A stretch of 64,000 nt of DNA from Sphingomonadales bacterium (GTDB lineage: Bacteria; Pseudomonadota; Alphaproteobacteria; Sphingomonadales; G965227345): positions 3,975,293 to 4,039,292 of the forward strand of contig OZ245755.1 of assembly GCA_965227345.1 (NCBI GenBank), written 5' to 3'. Positions within the stretch are counted from its first letter, which is position 1, and the number at the start of each line of letters is the position of its first letter. Made by a program: the position numbers and the translations under genes. The notes beneath the pieces were generated by a model. It did not search any database, was not told the origin of the DNA, and saw nothing but the letters and a program-made list of their open reading frames with translations. Of this stretch, positions 51,350 through 61,822 are shown piece after piece.

Positions 51350-52798
51350 TCAGGAAGCAAGGGCGACAGATTTGTCGCGCTCAGCCTGGGTCTTCAGGAA
51401 TTCATGCATGGATGCAGCGGCATCTCGTCCGTCGCTAATCGCCCACACGACCAGAGATGCGCCGCGTACGATATCTCCCACAGCATATACGCCATCAAGG
51501 TTGGTCATTGCGGTTTTGTAATCAACCTTCACTGTGCCCCAGCGTGTCACATCCAGCTCTGGAGCTTTAAAGAGGATCGGCAGGTCTTCAGGGTCGAAAC
51601 CCAGTGCCTTGATGACCAGATCCGCATCAAGGCCAAACTCTGAATTTTCGACAGGTTCAGGGGACTGGCGCCCTGTTGCGTCCGGGGTGCCGAGGCGCAT
51701 GCGGATTGCCCTGACTTCATCTACCTTGCCATTTTTCCCCTTGAATTCCCGGGGGGCTGACAACCAGACAAATTCAACGCCTTCTTCTTCTGCATTGTTC
51801 ACTTCACGCATGGAGCCCGGCATATTTTCCTTGTCGCGCCGATACAGGCATTTGACGGATTTGGCACCCTGCCGGACCGCTGTTCTGACGCAATCCATAG
51901 CGGTGTCTCCACCGCCTATGACGATGACGTTTTTACCTTTTGCGTTCAGCGAGCCATTGTCGAATTCTGCTACCTTGTCACCCAGTCCGTTGCGATTACT
52001 TGCTACAAGATAATCGAGGGCAGGGAAGACATTCTTCAGGTCTGAACCGGGGACCTGGACATCACGCGCCTTGTAAACGCCTGTCGCAATCAATACGGCA
52101 TCATGTTTTTCCCGCAGGTCCGAGAGTGTCGCATCTCTGCCAACTTCAAAGCCTGTATGAAAGGTTATGCCACTGTCTTCGAAAAGCTTTCTGCGCTTGA
52201 GGACAATTTCCTTCTCAAGTTTGAAATTGGGAATGCCATATATCATGAGGCCACCGATTCGGTCCTGACGCTCATATACATGGACCTGATACCCCTCACG
52301 GCGCAGCATTTCTGCAGCAGAAAGGCCGCCCGGGCCGCTGCCGATAATGCCAACAGACTGATCCAGTTCATGACGTGGCGTAAAAGGCTTGATCCAGTCC
52401 TGTTCCCATGCGGTGTCTGTTATATAGCGTTCAACCGACCCGATCGTGACCGATTCGAAATCTCGCTCAATAACGCAATTGCCTTCACACAAGCGGTCTT
52501 GCGGGCAAACGCGACCACATACTTCGGGGAAGTTATTCGTGGCGCTTGATAATTCATAGGCTTCTTCCAGGCGACCTTCAGCTGTAAGCTTGAGCCAATC
52601 GGGAATATTATTGTGCAACGGGCAATGAATTTGGCAATAGGGAATGCCACATTGCGAGCAACGGCTGGCCTGTTCCTCTGCCTTTTCAACAGCATATTTT
52701 TCGTAGATTTCCTGAAAATCCCCAATGCGTTTTTTTGCATCACGTTTGGGCGGAGTCGCCTGAGGCGTTTTCACGAATTTAAGCATCTTTTCAGCCAT
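51350..52798 (-). CDS. gltD: glutamate synthase small subunit (NADPH)
   Basis: N-terminal Fe-S Cys clusters (CSQCGIPYC, CPLHN) and two Rossmann motifs (IIGSGPGGL, VIGGGDTAMD). The gene order is gltD then gltB. Confidence 0.95.
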   Translation of the reverse strand: MAEKMLKFVKTPQATPPKRDAKKRIGDFQEIYEKYAVEKAEEQASRCSQCGIPYCQIHCPLHNNIPDWLKLTAEGRLEEAYELSSATNNFPEVCGRVCPQDRLCEGNCVIERDFESVTIGSVERYITDTAWEQDWIKPFTPRHELDQSVGIIGSGPGGLSAAEMLRREGYQVHVYERQDRIGGLMIYGIPNFKLEKEIVLKRRKLFEDSGITFHTGFEVGRDATLSDLREKHDAVLIATGVYKARDVQVPGSDLKNVFPALDYLVASNRNGLGDKVAEFDNGSLNAKGKNVIVIGGGDTAMDCVRTAVRQGAKSVKCLYRRDKENMPGSMREVNNAEEEGVEFVWLSAPREFKGKNGKVDEVRAIRMRLGTPDATGRQSPEPVENSEFGLDADLVIKALGFDPEDLPILFKAPELDVTRWGTVKVDYKTAMTNLDGVYAVGDIVRGASLVVWAISDGRDAAASMHEFLKTQAERDKSVALAS

Positions 52799-53111
52799 TG
52801 GAATTCACAATCATAATATCGGTATGGATGGATTTGGCGCCACTATACAGAGAGCGGCTACGTATTTCCAGTAAAAAACCAAAAATAGGTCAGTATTAAT
52901 GACGTAATATGAATAAGTTTGACGATTCAGGTTCCTTTTCCGGGCTTTTTTGGCTTTTGAAAAATTCCAATAGTACCGAATCGGACCCAATTGATATGGT
53001 GGGCCGGATGGTGGTAGCTGCTTTTTTGCCTTTCGTGTTTCGGATCATTCGCTATGATCCGTCGGGTTATCAGGGGCATTCCCCCTTAAGGTGCGGCCAT
53101 AACCGAATATT

Positions 53112-53966
53112 GTGGGGTTTATAGTGACATTATTACAGGTCTTTGTTCTTTCCGTTGTTCAGGGCATTACCGAATTTTTACCCATCAGTTCCTCTGCGCA
53201 TCTTATTCTTGTGCCGGAATTGACTGGTTGGCAGGATCAGGGGTTATTGGTCGATCTGGCGGTGCATGTGGGCACGCTATTGGCGGTACTGGTGTACTTT
53301 CGTAAAGATGTCAGGTTATTGTTTGCGGGGCTGGCAGGTCTTTTGCTTAATCCACGCAATATAAACCCTGCTGAAGGCTCTTCGGCGCCGAACCAGATGC
53401 TGAATGGCCGTCAGCTAACTCTGGCGCTCATTATAGGGGTTTTCCCGATTGTCGTTATCGGCGGGACATTTGTGGCGTTCGATCTGGTGGATGGACTGAG
53501 AGACATTGAAGTTATCGGCTGGACGAGTATCATATTTGGAATCCTGCTTTATGGGGCAGATCGATATTGTGGCACAGACAAAAAGCTGGAAGCCATAACA
53601 CTCAAAAATGCCTTTTTCATTGGTATGTCGCAGGTGCTTGCGATTATTCCGGGCACGAGCCGCTCCGGCATTACCATGACAGCTGCCCGCTATCTTGGTT
53701 TCAACAGGGTGGATTCGGCCAGATTTTCGATGCTGCTGGCCATGCCGACCATTGCTATTTCGGGACTGGCGGGTCTGATCAAACTGCTGGAATCAGGGGA
53801 TCAGGCGTTAATTGAATATGGTCTGCTTGCGGGCGTTCTGTCGTTTGCGGTGGCCATTGCTGCCATTCACCTGTTTATCAAATGGTTGTCCCATGCCAGC
53901 ATGACGCCATTTGTCATATACCGGGTACTGCTTGGGGCAGGGCTACTGGCCTGGGTTTATATCTGA
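53112..53966 (+). CDS. uppP: undecaprenyl-diphosphate phosphatase
   Basis: VQGITEFLPISSSAHL and PGTSRSG motifs. The GTG start is at 53112 or 53124. Confidence 0.9.
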   Translation: MGFIVTLLQVFVLSVVQGITEFLPISSSAHLILVPELTGWQDQGLLVDLAVHVGTLLAVLVYFRKDVRLLFAGLAGLLLNPRNINPAEGSSAPNQMLNGRQLTLALIIGVFPIVVIGGTFVAFDLVDGLRDIEVIGWTSIIFGILLYGADRYCGTDKKLEAITLKNAFFIGMSQVLAIIPGTSRSGITMTAARYLGFNRVDSARFSMLLAMPTIAISGLAGLIKLLESGDQALIEYGLLAGVLSFAVAIAAIHLFIKWLSHASMTPFVIYRVLLGAGLLAWVYI

Positions 53967-53970
53967 GCGG

Positions 53971-54933
53971 CTATCCGGCTTTTTTGTCAGAAAACTGGCC
54001 GTGAGGCCGGAACCTGATCAGGTAGGAGGGGGCGACGGTTTCAAGAGGTGTCGGCGAAATGCCCAACTCCTTCAGGCCCTTTGTATTTTCCGAGACCACA
54101 TTATCGTGCTCCAGCAATTTCACCTGATCAATTGTCAGGAGCGGTGTCGGCAGTAGCTGAAGGAAAAATGCCTGAATTTTCGCCGCAAATACGGGGACGG
54201 GCACCAAAGGGCACTTGGCGTCGATTTCATCCATGATATATTCCAGGATGGCGCGGAAGGTATAGGTTTTGGGGCCGCCCAGTTCGTATGTTTTGCCTTT
54301 GGCTGAGGCGGTCTCGAGCACTTTCATGATGGCTTCTGCAACATCGCCAGCATATATCGGCTGAAATCGGGTGTTGCCACAGATGAGCGGCATGATAGGC
54401 GACAGTCGGGCAAGCCCTGCAAATCGATTAATAAAATTATCTTCCCCGCCGAAAACAACACTGGGTCGCAAAATGGTTGTGGCCGGAAAAAGGTCAAGGG
54501 CGGCTTTCTCGCCTGCAGCTTTTGACCGGGCATATTTTGATGTGGATTCAGCGCTGGCGCCGATGGCTGAAATATGAACCAATTGCCTTACGCCAGCTGC
54601 TGCACAGGCCCGGGCGATATTCGCAGCGCCTTGTGCCTGTGTGGCGGCAAACTTCTGTGCACCGGATTCGAACAATATACCGACCAGATTGACGACAGCA
54701 TCAGCACCTGCGACGGCTGCCTCAACCGAAGGCTTGTTTCGCACGTTGGCCTGAACGATCTGGATTTGTCCGACATCGCCCAGCGGCTTGAGGAACAGTG
54801 CCAGATTCGGGTTTCTGACGGCAACGCGAATCCGGTCGCCATTTTTGGCAAGCCTGCGTATGAGGTAGCGCCCCAGAAAACCAGATCCACCGAAAACTGT
54901 CACCAGGCGACCCGCCATAACATTGCTCCACAT
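53971..54933 (-). CDS. complex I NDUFA9-like NAD(P)-binding SDR protein
   Basis: VFGGSGFLGRYL Rossmann motif and atypical-SDR length. Confidence 0.8.
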   Translation of the reverse strand: MWSNVMAGRLVTVFGGSGFLGRYLIRRLAKNGDRIRVAVRNPNLALFLKPLGDVGQIQIVQANVRNKPSVEAAVAGADAVVNLVGILFESGAQKFAATQAQGAANIARACAAAGVRQLVHISAIGASAESTSKYARSKAAGEKAALDLFPATTILRPSVVFGGEDNFINRFAGLARLSPIMPLICGNTRFQPIYAGDVAEAIMKVLETASAKGKTYELGGPKTYTFRAILEYIMDEIDAKCPLVPVPVFAAKIQAFFLQLLPTPLLTIDQVKLLEHDNVVSENTKGLKELGISPTPLETVAPSYLIRFRPHGQFSDKKAG

Positions 54934-55195
54934 GCCGTTGTTGATTCTGAATTATCTTCCCGGTTCAAAATACTCAAACAGACAAGATATACTTGGCCTT
55001 TTTAGACCTGTTTTGATGGAGTGGTCCAGTCCAATCTGTCTGAATTGCGACTTCTGGCAGCGCACCGGACCCATACGCGGAAAAATTAGTGTTGGTCAGC
55101 ATCATCAAAGACTTGACTTTCTTTCGCCCAATCGTTAGCGAGATGCACAAGGAAGCCGGTTGGGGCGAATTATGTCAATCCAGCTGATAACCTTG

Positions 55196-55282
55196 GCCCA
55201 GGTGGCGGAATTGGTAGACGCGCTAGCTTCAGGTGCTAGTGATCGCAAGGTCGTGGAGGTTCGAGTCCTCTCCTGGGCACCA
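55196..55282 (+). tRNA. tRNA-Leu (anticodon CAG)
   Basis: GCCCAGG acceptor stem, anticodon stem-loop CTAGC-TTCAGGT-GCTAG, long variable arm, GTTCGAGTC T-loop, and encoded CCA. Confidence 0.93.
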
Positions 55283-55308
55283 CTAAATCTTCTAGGGCAC
55301 AGAGGGCA

Positions 55309-55926
55309 ATGGCCATGGCCATACATTTCCATAAATCTGACCTGCCCGCAGACGTCACATTTGGCGAATCCGTCGCAGTGGATACAGAAACAATGGGGTT
55401 GAACCCGCTACGTGACAGGCTGTGCCTGGTGCAACTGTCCAGTGGTGATGGCTCTGCCCATTTAGTGCAGATTATGCCCGGTCAGGATCAGGCTCCCAAT
55501 CTTAAAAAGCTGATGGAAGATCAGGCGGTAGTGAAACTGTTTCATTTTGCCCGTTTTGATGTTGCTGTCCTCAAGCATAATCTGGGCATTGCTGTCAGCC
55601 CTCTTTATTGTACAAAAATCGTCTCGAAACTGGTTAGGACCTATACCGACCGACACGGGTTGAAAGACCTTTGTGCCGAACTGATTAATGTTGAGCTTTC
55701 AAAGCAGCAGCAAAGTTCGAACTGGGGGGCTGAAGTGTTGAGCGATCAGCAGAAGGCGTATGCCGCTTCGGATGTTTTGTATCTTCATGCCTTGAAGGAT
55801 CGTCTGGATAAAATGCTGGATGTTTCAGGCAGGGCGCATTTTGCGCAGCAATGTTTTGACTTTTTGGCGACCCGGGCTGACCTTGATCTGGGTGGCTGGG
55901 GTGAGACGGATATATTTGCGCATTAG
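55309..55926 (+). CDS. short RNase D-like 3'-5' exonuclease
   Basis: DEDD motifs (AVDTETMGL, FHFARFD, YAASDVLYL). Confidence 0.8.
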   Translation: MAMAIHFHKSDLPADVTFGESVAVDTETMGLNPLRDRLCLVQLSSGDGSAHLVQIMPGQDQAPNLKKLMEDQAVVKLFHFARFDVAVLKHNLGIAVSPLYCTKIVSKLVRTYTDRHGLKDLCAELINVELSKQQQSSNWGAEVLSDQQKAYAASDVLYLHALKDRLDKMLDVSGRAHFAQQCFDFLATRADLDLGGWGETDIFAH

Positions 55927-56055
55927 ACCCATGTGTCCAGGTATTTTTGCTGCCAGCAAGCCATTCTTTTTTGAAGTCCCTATTGACCGTTAAGCACTTG
56001 CCAATCATAATTGGCACAGAAATTGCTTTTAATGAAAGGTTAACGCAGGGTTCCG

Positions 56056-56724
56056 GTGGCTGAACAGTCCATATATTCAAAAGAGAATTCGGCAAAACTG
56101 GCATGGCAGATCAAGCGGTATGTCTATTTCAACAAGTTGTTGAAAGTGGGTGTGCCGCTGTTGCTCATATGCTTTTTGACGATTGTAATCGGGTGGCCCT
56201 ATTTGCGTGATACGGAAAGCGGCTTCACGTTGTCGTTTCAGGATCTTGAAAAAAGCAATGAACAGATCAGGATGATCGAGCCCGTGTATGTTGGCACAGA
56301 TGGCTTGAACAGACCCTTTAGAATCAAGGCAAAGTCCGCAATTCAGTCACCGGAAAACCAGGACGAAGTCAAGTTGCTGGAAATCCGTGCGTCGGTTGAG
56401 ATGAGGGATAAGTCCGAGGCGGTTCTGAGCGCCAGTGAAGGTGTTTACAATCCGCACACCGAAAAGCTGTGGCTGGGCAAAGGCATCAGAATTGTAACCG
56501 ATAGTGGTTATGAATTTATGATCGAATCAGTTGCTTACGATCTTCATTCAGCTATCGCGGAAAGTCAGAGCGAAGTTCGCGGTATTGCGCCTTTCGGATC
56601 GTTCAGGGCAGACTCATTCAGGGCGCAAATAGATGGGAAAAGTATGAAATTGTTAGGGGACGTTCGGGTGAGAATAATGCCGGAGCAGCATCTGGATGCA
56701 GCTGTTAGGGGTGTTGGGCAATGA
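56056..56724 (+). CDS. lptC: LPS export periplasmic protein LptC
   Basis: A single TM anchor plus a beta-jellyroll-like sequence, immediately upstream of lptA with a 4-nt overlap. GTG start. Confidence 0.7.
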   Translation: MAEQSIYSKENSAKLAWQIKRYVYFNKLLKVGVPLLLICFLTIVIGWPYLRDTESGFTLSFQDLEKSNEQIRMIEPVYVGTDGLNRPFRIKAKSAIQSPENQDEVKLLEIRASVEMRDKSEAVLSASEGVYNPHTEKLWLGKGIRIVTDSGYEFMIESVAYDLHSAIAESQSEVRGIAPFGSFRADSFRAQIDGKSMKLLGDVRVRIMPEQHLDAAVRGVGQ

Positions 56725-57350
56725 AAACAAAAGCGTGGGATACATCAATGGCAGAGCCGATGGTCATGTCTGGCGTCACACGGATCACGGGGCAGGTTGG
56801 TCATGTTGTAGCAGGGGCTATGCTCGCGGTTGCATGTTCAGTTGCCTTACTGGCCGTTGCCGCCGCACAGGATATTTCCAGCTTGAAAAAACATAATGTC
56901 AAACAACCAATTGATATTAGCGCTGATTCACTTGAGGTGAAAACAAAGGACAATACAGCCGTTTTTCAGGGAAATGTTGAAGCCGTTCAGGATGATCTGA
57001 AATTGATGGCTGAACGACTGACGGTTTATTACCGGACATCAAACAAGGTGGATACTGCGGAAGACAAACCTGCTGCCATTACGCGAATAGACGCCAGCGG
57101 TGAGGTAAAGCTGTCTTCTGCGTCGGAGGCCGTGAGTAGCAACTGGGGCGTTTATGATCTTGATACCCGGATTATTACCCTGGGGGGTGCTGTGGTGCTA
57201 AGCCGGGGTAATACAACCATTCGCGGGGATCGTTTGCAGCTTGACCTTGAGACAGGGCTGACCCGGATTGAAGGCGCTGAAGCTGATAGCGCCGGGAAAG
57301 AAGGCGGTCGTGTAAAGGGCAGCTTCGTCCCGCCGACAAAAAACAATTAG
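56721..57350 (+). CDS. lptA: LPS transport periplasmic protein LptA (OstA family)
   Basis: Signal sequence, then IDISADSLEV...AVFQGNVEAVQDDLKL. The start is ambiguous. Confidence 0.8.
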   Translation: MKTKAWDTSMAEPMVMSGVTRITGQVGHVVAGAMLAVACSVALLAVAAAQDISSLKKHNVKQPIDISADSLEVKTKDNTAVFQGNVEAVQDDLKLMAERLTVYYRTSNKVDTAEDKPAAITRIDASGEVKLSSASEAVSSNWGVYDLDTRIITLGGAVVLSRGNTTIRGDRLQLDLETGLTRIEGAEADSAGKEGGRVKGSFVPPTKNN

Positions 57351-57464
57351 CACTTTTAATCCCGGAGAATTTATTCGACTGCATAATTTCGTTCGGAAAA
57401 TATTTTAAAAAAAAGCGCAAATAATCACTATTTATTAATCGGTTGGCGCTTGAATGGAGACAAT

Positions 57465-58274
57465 ATGACGTCCTTTGAACAGGTGGAGGATACAACGCAA
57501 AATCGGTCTGAGACACAAGGATCGCCGCAACAGCCTCGGGAAGCAGGGGCCGACGAAGGGCTGGTCGCTCGCGTCATCGGCAAGACATACAAGAAGCGTC
57601 CGGTTTTGCGCAGTATCAGCCTGAATGTGAAACGAGGGGAAGTCGTCGGACTGCTTGGCCCCAACGGGGCAGGAAAGACGACCTGCTTCTACGCGATCGT
57701 CGGGCTTGTGGCCCCGGACTATGGGTCAATTGTTCTTGACGGTCAGGATATTACGGCGCTGCCGATGTATCGGAGAGCACGGTTGGGCATAGGCTATTTG
57801 CCTCAGGAGGCATCGATTTTTCGCGGGCTTACTGTTGAAGGCAATATTCGGGCGATCCTGGAAGTTTCCGAGCCGGATCGCAAGGTGCAGGATGAAAAGC
57901 TGGATGAGCTGCTGGATGAATTTTCTATTTCGCATTTGCGGACGACGCCAGCATTGGCACTATCGGGCGGAGAGCGGCGTCGTGTGGAAATTGCGCGAGC
58001 TTTGGCGGCAGGCCCCAGCTTTATGTTGCTGGATGAACCCTTTGCGGGAATTGATCCGATCGCCATTGCGGATATCCGTAATCTGGTCGGACAATTGAAA
58101 GAACGTGGAATTGGTGTGTTGATTACAGATCATAATGTGCGAGAGACACTGGATATTATAGACCGGGCTTTCATTATTTATGATGGCCATGTTTTAACGG
58201 AAGGTACGCCTGCCGAGATTGTTGCCAATGAAGACGTTCGGCGTGTTTATCTTGGTGAGAGATTTAGTTTGTAA
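57465..58274 (+). CDS. lptB: LPS export ABC transporter ATP-binding protein
   Basis: ATG 57465 follows GGAGA. Walker A GPNGAGKTT, signature LSGGERRR and Walker B LLDEP are present. The ORF extends to 57450. Confidence 0.95.
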   Translation: MTSFEQVEDTTQNRSETQGSPQQPREAGADEGLVARVIGKTYKKRPVLRSISLNVKRGEVVGLLGPNGAGKTTCFYAIVGLVAPDYGSIVLDGQDITALPMYRRARLGIGYLPQEASIFRGLTVEGNIRAILEVSEPDRKVQDEKLDELLDEFSISHLRTTPALALSGGERRRVEIARALAAGPSFMLLDEPFAGIDPIAIADIRNLVGQLKERGIGVLITDHNVRETLDIIDRAFIIYDGHVLTEGTPAEIVANEDVRRVYLGERFSL

Positions 58275-58285
58275 GAGATGAATTG

Positions 58286-59824
58286 ATGGCGCTTTCTCCC
58301 AGGCTGGAACTCAGACATACTCAATCGCTGGTCATGACGCCCCAGTTGCAGCAGGCTATCAAGCTGCTGCAGTACACTAACCTTGAGCTTACAGATTTCA
58401 TTTCTCAGGAAATTGAAAAAAACCCGTTGCTTGAAGTGGGCGATAGTGATGACCGCGCAAGCGGAGAAGACAGGGAAGATCATGCAGACCCGCAAAAAAA
58501 GGCTGCGCCTGAAGATTCGACGGTCGGAATTGACGTTAAAATTGAACAAAGCGGGCAGGAGGCCAAAACAGCGGAATCGCCGCTCGATGCCGACTTCGAA
58601 AATGTTTATAACAGCGACAGTTTTACGGACGACGTTTCAAATGATACCGGTCTGAGCATGAACGGAGCCGGGAGCATTTCCGGCGGGGGTGGAAGTTTTA
58701 ACGGCGGAGACTTCGATTTTCAGGAAAACCTCACAAGTTCTCCCTCTTTGCAGGACCATCTTAAAGATCAGCTGAATGTTGCGGGGCTGGTGCCGGCAGA
58801 CCGGCTTATCGCCCAGTATCTGATTGATATGGTTAATGAAGCCGGATATTTGACCGATGATCTTGCGACGATCGCTGATCGGCTTGATTGTTCCCTGTCG
58901 GATGTGGAAGCTGTACTTGCCATGATTCAGACTTTTGACCCCGTGGGTGTTCTGGCTCGTGATCTGTCAGAGTGTCTGGCTCTTCAGCTGGCGGAAAAGG
59001 ACAGGCTTGACCCGGCGATGAACACTCTGGTTTCACATCTGGATTTACTTGCCAGACGCGATTTGCAGGCCCTGAAGCGTATTTGTGGCGTCGACATGGA
59101 CGATATCGTTGAGATGATTAACGAAATACGTGAGCTGAATCCGAAGCCGGGGCTGGCGTTTGGCGGAGAACCTGCACAGGAAGTCGTGCCTGATGTTTTT
59201 CTGCGCGAAAATCCAAAGGGTGGGTGGATCGTCGAAGTCAACAGCGATACCTTGCCAAAAGTGCTGGTGAATACAAGATATTACAGTGAAATCAGTGGAC
59301 GTGCGCAGAGCAAGGAAGACAAGGCATTTCTGACGGAATGTTATCAGTCTGCAAACTGGCTTGTTAAGGCCCTGGACCAAAGGGCGAGGACAATTCTGAA
59401 AGTGGCGACGGCTATTGTCACGCAACAGGAAGGCTTCTTTAAACAGGGAGTGAAATATCTCAAGCCTTTGAACCTGAGGGCTATTGCAGAGGAAATCGAA
59501 ATGCACGAAAGCACGGTAAGCCGGGTTACGGCCAACAAGTACATGGCGACGAGCCGGGGTGTTTTTGAAATGAAATACTTCTTCACATCGTCCATTGCGT
59601 CGTCGGATGATGGTGATGCCCATTCTGCGGAATCCGTCAAACAGCGTATCAAGGAGCTGGTGGATGGCGAAAGTGCAAAGGCAATACTTTCTGATGACAA
59701 GATCGTAGAGATTCTGAGTGATGAGAATATCGATATTGCACGCAGAACAGTTGCAAAATATCGCGAAGCGCTAAGAATTCCATCTTCTGTTCAGCGTCGG
59801 CGCATGAAAAGTGTCGCAATTTAA
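58286..59824 (+). CDS. rpoN: RNA polymerase sigma-54 factor
   Basis: Gln/Leu-rich region I (LVMTPQLQQAIKLLQ), an acidic region II and the RpoN box ARRTVAKYR. Confidence 0.95.
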   Translation: MALSPRLELRHTQSLVMTPQLQQAIKLLQYTNLELTDFISQEIEKNPLLEVGDSDDRASGEDREDHADPQKKAAPEDSTVGIDVKIEQSGQEAKTAESPLDADFENVYNSDSFTDDVSNDTGLSMNGAGSISGGGGSFNGGDFDFQENLTSSPSLQDHLKDQLNVAGLVPADRLIAQYLIDMVNEAGYLTDDLATIADRLDCSLSDVEAVLAMIQTFDPVGVLARDLSECLALQLAEKDRLDPAMNTLVSHLDLLARRDLQALKRICGVDMDDIVEMINEIRELNPKPGLAFGGEPAQEVVPDVFLRENPKGGWIVEVNSDTLPKVLVNTRYYSEISGRAQSKEDKAFLTECYQSANWLVKALDQRARTILKVATAIVTQQEGFFKQGVKYLKPLNLRAIAEEIEMHESTVSRVTANKYMATSRGVFEMKYFFTSSIASSDDGDAHSAESVKQRIKELVDGESAKAILSDDKIVEILSDENIDIARRTVAKYREALRIPSSVQRRRMKSVAI

Positions 59825-59935
59825 ACCCTGTCCAGGTGTTTGATTGTCCATTTTTTTTCAATGGTTTAATGACAGTCTCTATATTTTCCCGCTCTCTGGT
59901 GTTCAGTGCCGTCAATATCTGTGATATTGTGGCTG

Positions 59936-59964
59936 TTGACAGATAGGAGACTCGTGACTATCGT
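59936..59964 (+). promoter_or_regulatory. candidate sigma70-type promoter for hpf-ptsN
   Basis: TTGACA-17 nt-TATCGT, about 65 nt upstream of the hpf ATG. Confidence 0.35.
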
Positions 59965-60027
59965 CCGCCAACTTGATCAGGGGCAGGCCCTGACATGCAG
60001 AAAAATTATGGAAGTTAAACAGCAACC

Positions 60028-60615
60028 ATGAAAGTTGTAGTCACCGGAAAACAGCTCGATGTTGGCGATGCTTTGAGAGGCCAGGTCGAGGAACGCTTGA
60101 ATGCAGTCGTCAGCAAGTATTTCAATCATTCAATAGAAGGCCACGTGACGTTTTCGCGTGATGCGCATCTGTTCCGCGCCGATTGCTCTGTGCATGTGGC
60201 ACAGATGGATATGCAAAGTCAGGCAGAAGCGACTGATATATATGCTGCCTTTGATGCGTCTGCCGATCGGCTGGAAAAGCGTCTGCGCCGTTACAAGCGT
60301 CGTTTGAGCAATCATCACAAGCCAAAGAATAACGATGCTGAAATTCTGCAGGCCGCCACTTACGTTCTGGCTGCAGAAGATGAAAATCAGGACGAGCCTG
60401 AAAATCTTCAGCCTGTAGTTATTGCCGAAATGAAAACGGATATTCCGGAAGTGACGGTTGGCGAGGCTGTCATGAGAATGGATCTGGCAGATGTTCCGAC
60501 GTTGATGTTCCGGAACAGCGCGCATGGTGGCCTGAATGTGGTTTACCGCCGTACCGATGGGAATATCGGCTGGATTGATCCTGAAAATGTAAAAACAGGG
60601 TCCGGTCGGGCATGA
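60028..60615 (+). CDS. hpf: ribosome hibernation-promoting factor (long form)
   Basis: An N-terminal S30AE/YfiA-like domain plus a C-terminal dimerisation domain, downstream of rpoN. Confidence 0.92.
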   Translation: MKVVVTGKQLDVGDALRGQVEERLNAVVSKYFNHSIEGHVTFSRDAHLFRADCSVHVAQMDMQSQAEATDIYAAFDASADRLEKRLRRYKRRLSNHHKPKNNDAEILQAATYVLAAEDENQDEPENLQPVVIAEMKTDIPEVTVGEAVMRMDLADVPTLMFRNSAHGGLNVVYRRTDGNIGWIDPENVKTGSGRA

Positions 60616-61076
60616 AACTCGAAGACCTCATACCCGTTGAGGCGGTTGTCCCAAGTTTGAAGGCATCGAGCAAGAAACAAGCCTTGCAAGAACTTGCTTC
60701 GCGGGCCGCCGAGATCGTCGGGTTGCCCGAGCGAACAATTTTTGATGTGTTGCTTGAGCGGGAACGGCTTGGAACTACCGGGGTTGGGCAGGGCGTCGCC
60801 ATCCCTCATGGTAAACTGGCAGAACTTGACCGTCTTTATGGCATGTTCGCCCGTCTTGAACATCCCGTTGATTTTGACTCGATCGATGATCAGCCGGTTG
60901 ACCTGATCTTTCTGCTTCTGGCACCTGAAGGTGCCGGGGCCGACCATCTGAAAGCTTTGGCAAAGGTTTCGCGCTTGCTTAGAAACAAGGGCACATGTGA
61001 AAAGTTGCGGGGCACTGAAAGTGCTGACGCGATCTATGCGCTTCTGATAGAAGCATCGGCCCCGCACGCGGCCTGA
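60612..61076 (+). CDS. ptsN: PTS IIA-like nitrogen regulatory protein
   Basis: Phosphorylatable His context GVAIPHGK. There is an ATGA overlap with hpf. Confidence 0.9.
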   Translation: MKLEDLIPVEAVVPSLKASSKKQALQELASRAAEIVGLPERTIFDVLLERERLGTTGVGQGVAIPHGKLAELDRLYGMFARLEHPVDFDSIDDQPVDLIFLLLAPEGAGADHLKALAKVSRLLRNKGTCEKLRGTESADAIYALLIEASAPHAA

Positions 61077-61106
61077 TCAGGCCCGAACTTTCCGTCTTAA
61101 ATATCG

Positions 61107-61325
61107 TTAGTGAAGCAATACTGGAACCATGTCATTTTCGGCAATAGCATCCAGTGCTGCTTCATGGCTATTCAACAGGGCGAGTTCCTGGCCGTTTGCG
61201 GCATATATCGCAAATCCTCTTGCGCCATTTCGGGTAACAGGCTTGATATAGACGATTTCCTGCCCCCCCAGCATTGCGAATGCATCAGGTGACATTGTTT
61301 TCATTTCTTCGTGCATTCCAGCCAT
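61107..61325 (-). CDS. DUF1150 family protein
   Basis: 72 aa with a GGQEIVYIKPV...FAIYAANG pattern, 2 nt downstream of the hsp20 stop. This is the usual hsp20-DUF1150 pairing. Confidence 0.8.
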   Translation of the reverse strand: MAGMHEEMKTMSPDAFAMLGGQEIVYIKPVTRNGARGFAIYAANGQELALLNSHEAALDAIAENDMVPVLLH

Positions 61326-61327
61326 TA

Positions 61328-61822
61328 TTATACTCCTACTTTGTCCTTCTGCCCTGTAACTTTGTCTGTGCCGGGCGAGGAAATACTATCCTTGCTGCTT
61401 GCGAGCGGTGGCGCAGAATTCGAAATTTTGATCGTCTTTACCGTCGATACCGGTTCCGGCTGTATCAAATCAATTGAAAGCATGCCGTTGTCCAGGTGAG
61501 CGCCGGTTACTTTCAGGCCTTCTGCCAGGACAAAACGCCTTTGAAACTGTCGGGTCGCTATCCCCTGATGAAGATAGGTTCGTCCAGGCGCAGGGTGTTG
61601 CCTGCCACGTATGACAAGCTGGCTGTCTTCAACTGTTACGTTCAGGTCGTCGCTGGAGAACCCTGCAACAGCAAGGGTAATCCGTAACAACCCGGTACCG
61701 GAATGTTCAATGTTATAGGGGGGATAGCTCTCGGTCGCTGATTTTGCAACATGCTCAAAGACACGTTCGATATAATCAAAACCTACGACAAAGGGGCTGT
61801 TAAAGACAGAGACTCTCGAAAT
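61328..61822 (-). CDS. Hsp20/IbpA family small heat shock protein (probable ATT start)
   Basis: Alpha-crystallin domain (YPPYNIE...RITLAVAGF...HQGIATRQFQRRFVLAE...NGMLSIDL). Conserved N-terminal sequence continues in frame upstream of the only canonical start, TTG 61690. An in-frame stop lies at 61835-61837. ATT 61822 is preceded by an AGGAGA Shine-Dalgarno sequence (GGAG core 7 nt upstream). Confidence 0.8.
   Translation of the reverse strand: MSRVSVFNSPFVVGFDYIERVFEHVAKSATESYPPYNIEHSGTGLLRITLAVAGFSSDDLNVTVEDSQLVIRGRQHPAPGRTYLHQGIATRQFQRRFVLAEGLKVTGAHLDNGMLSIDLIQPEPVSTVKTIKISNSAPPLASSKDSISSPGTDKVTGQKDKVGV

Noticed and set aside
52909-53124. 71-aa ORF in the 313-nt gltD-uppP intergenic region. 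I also scanned this region for TGGCAC-N5-TTGC sigma54-type promoters.
   Set aside because: The ORF has no SD or motifs and runs into the uppP start. The only GG/GC pair I found (TGGTAGCTGCTTTTTTGC) has the wrong spacing for sigma54.
60543-61067. 174-aa minus-strand ORF.
   Set aside because: It is antisense to ptsN, which is confidently identified.
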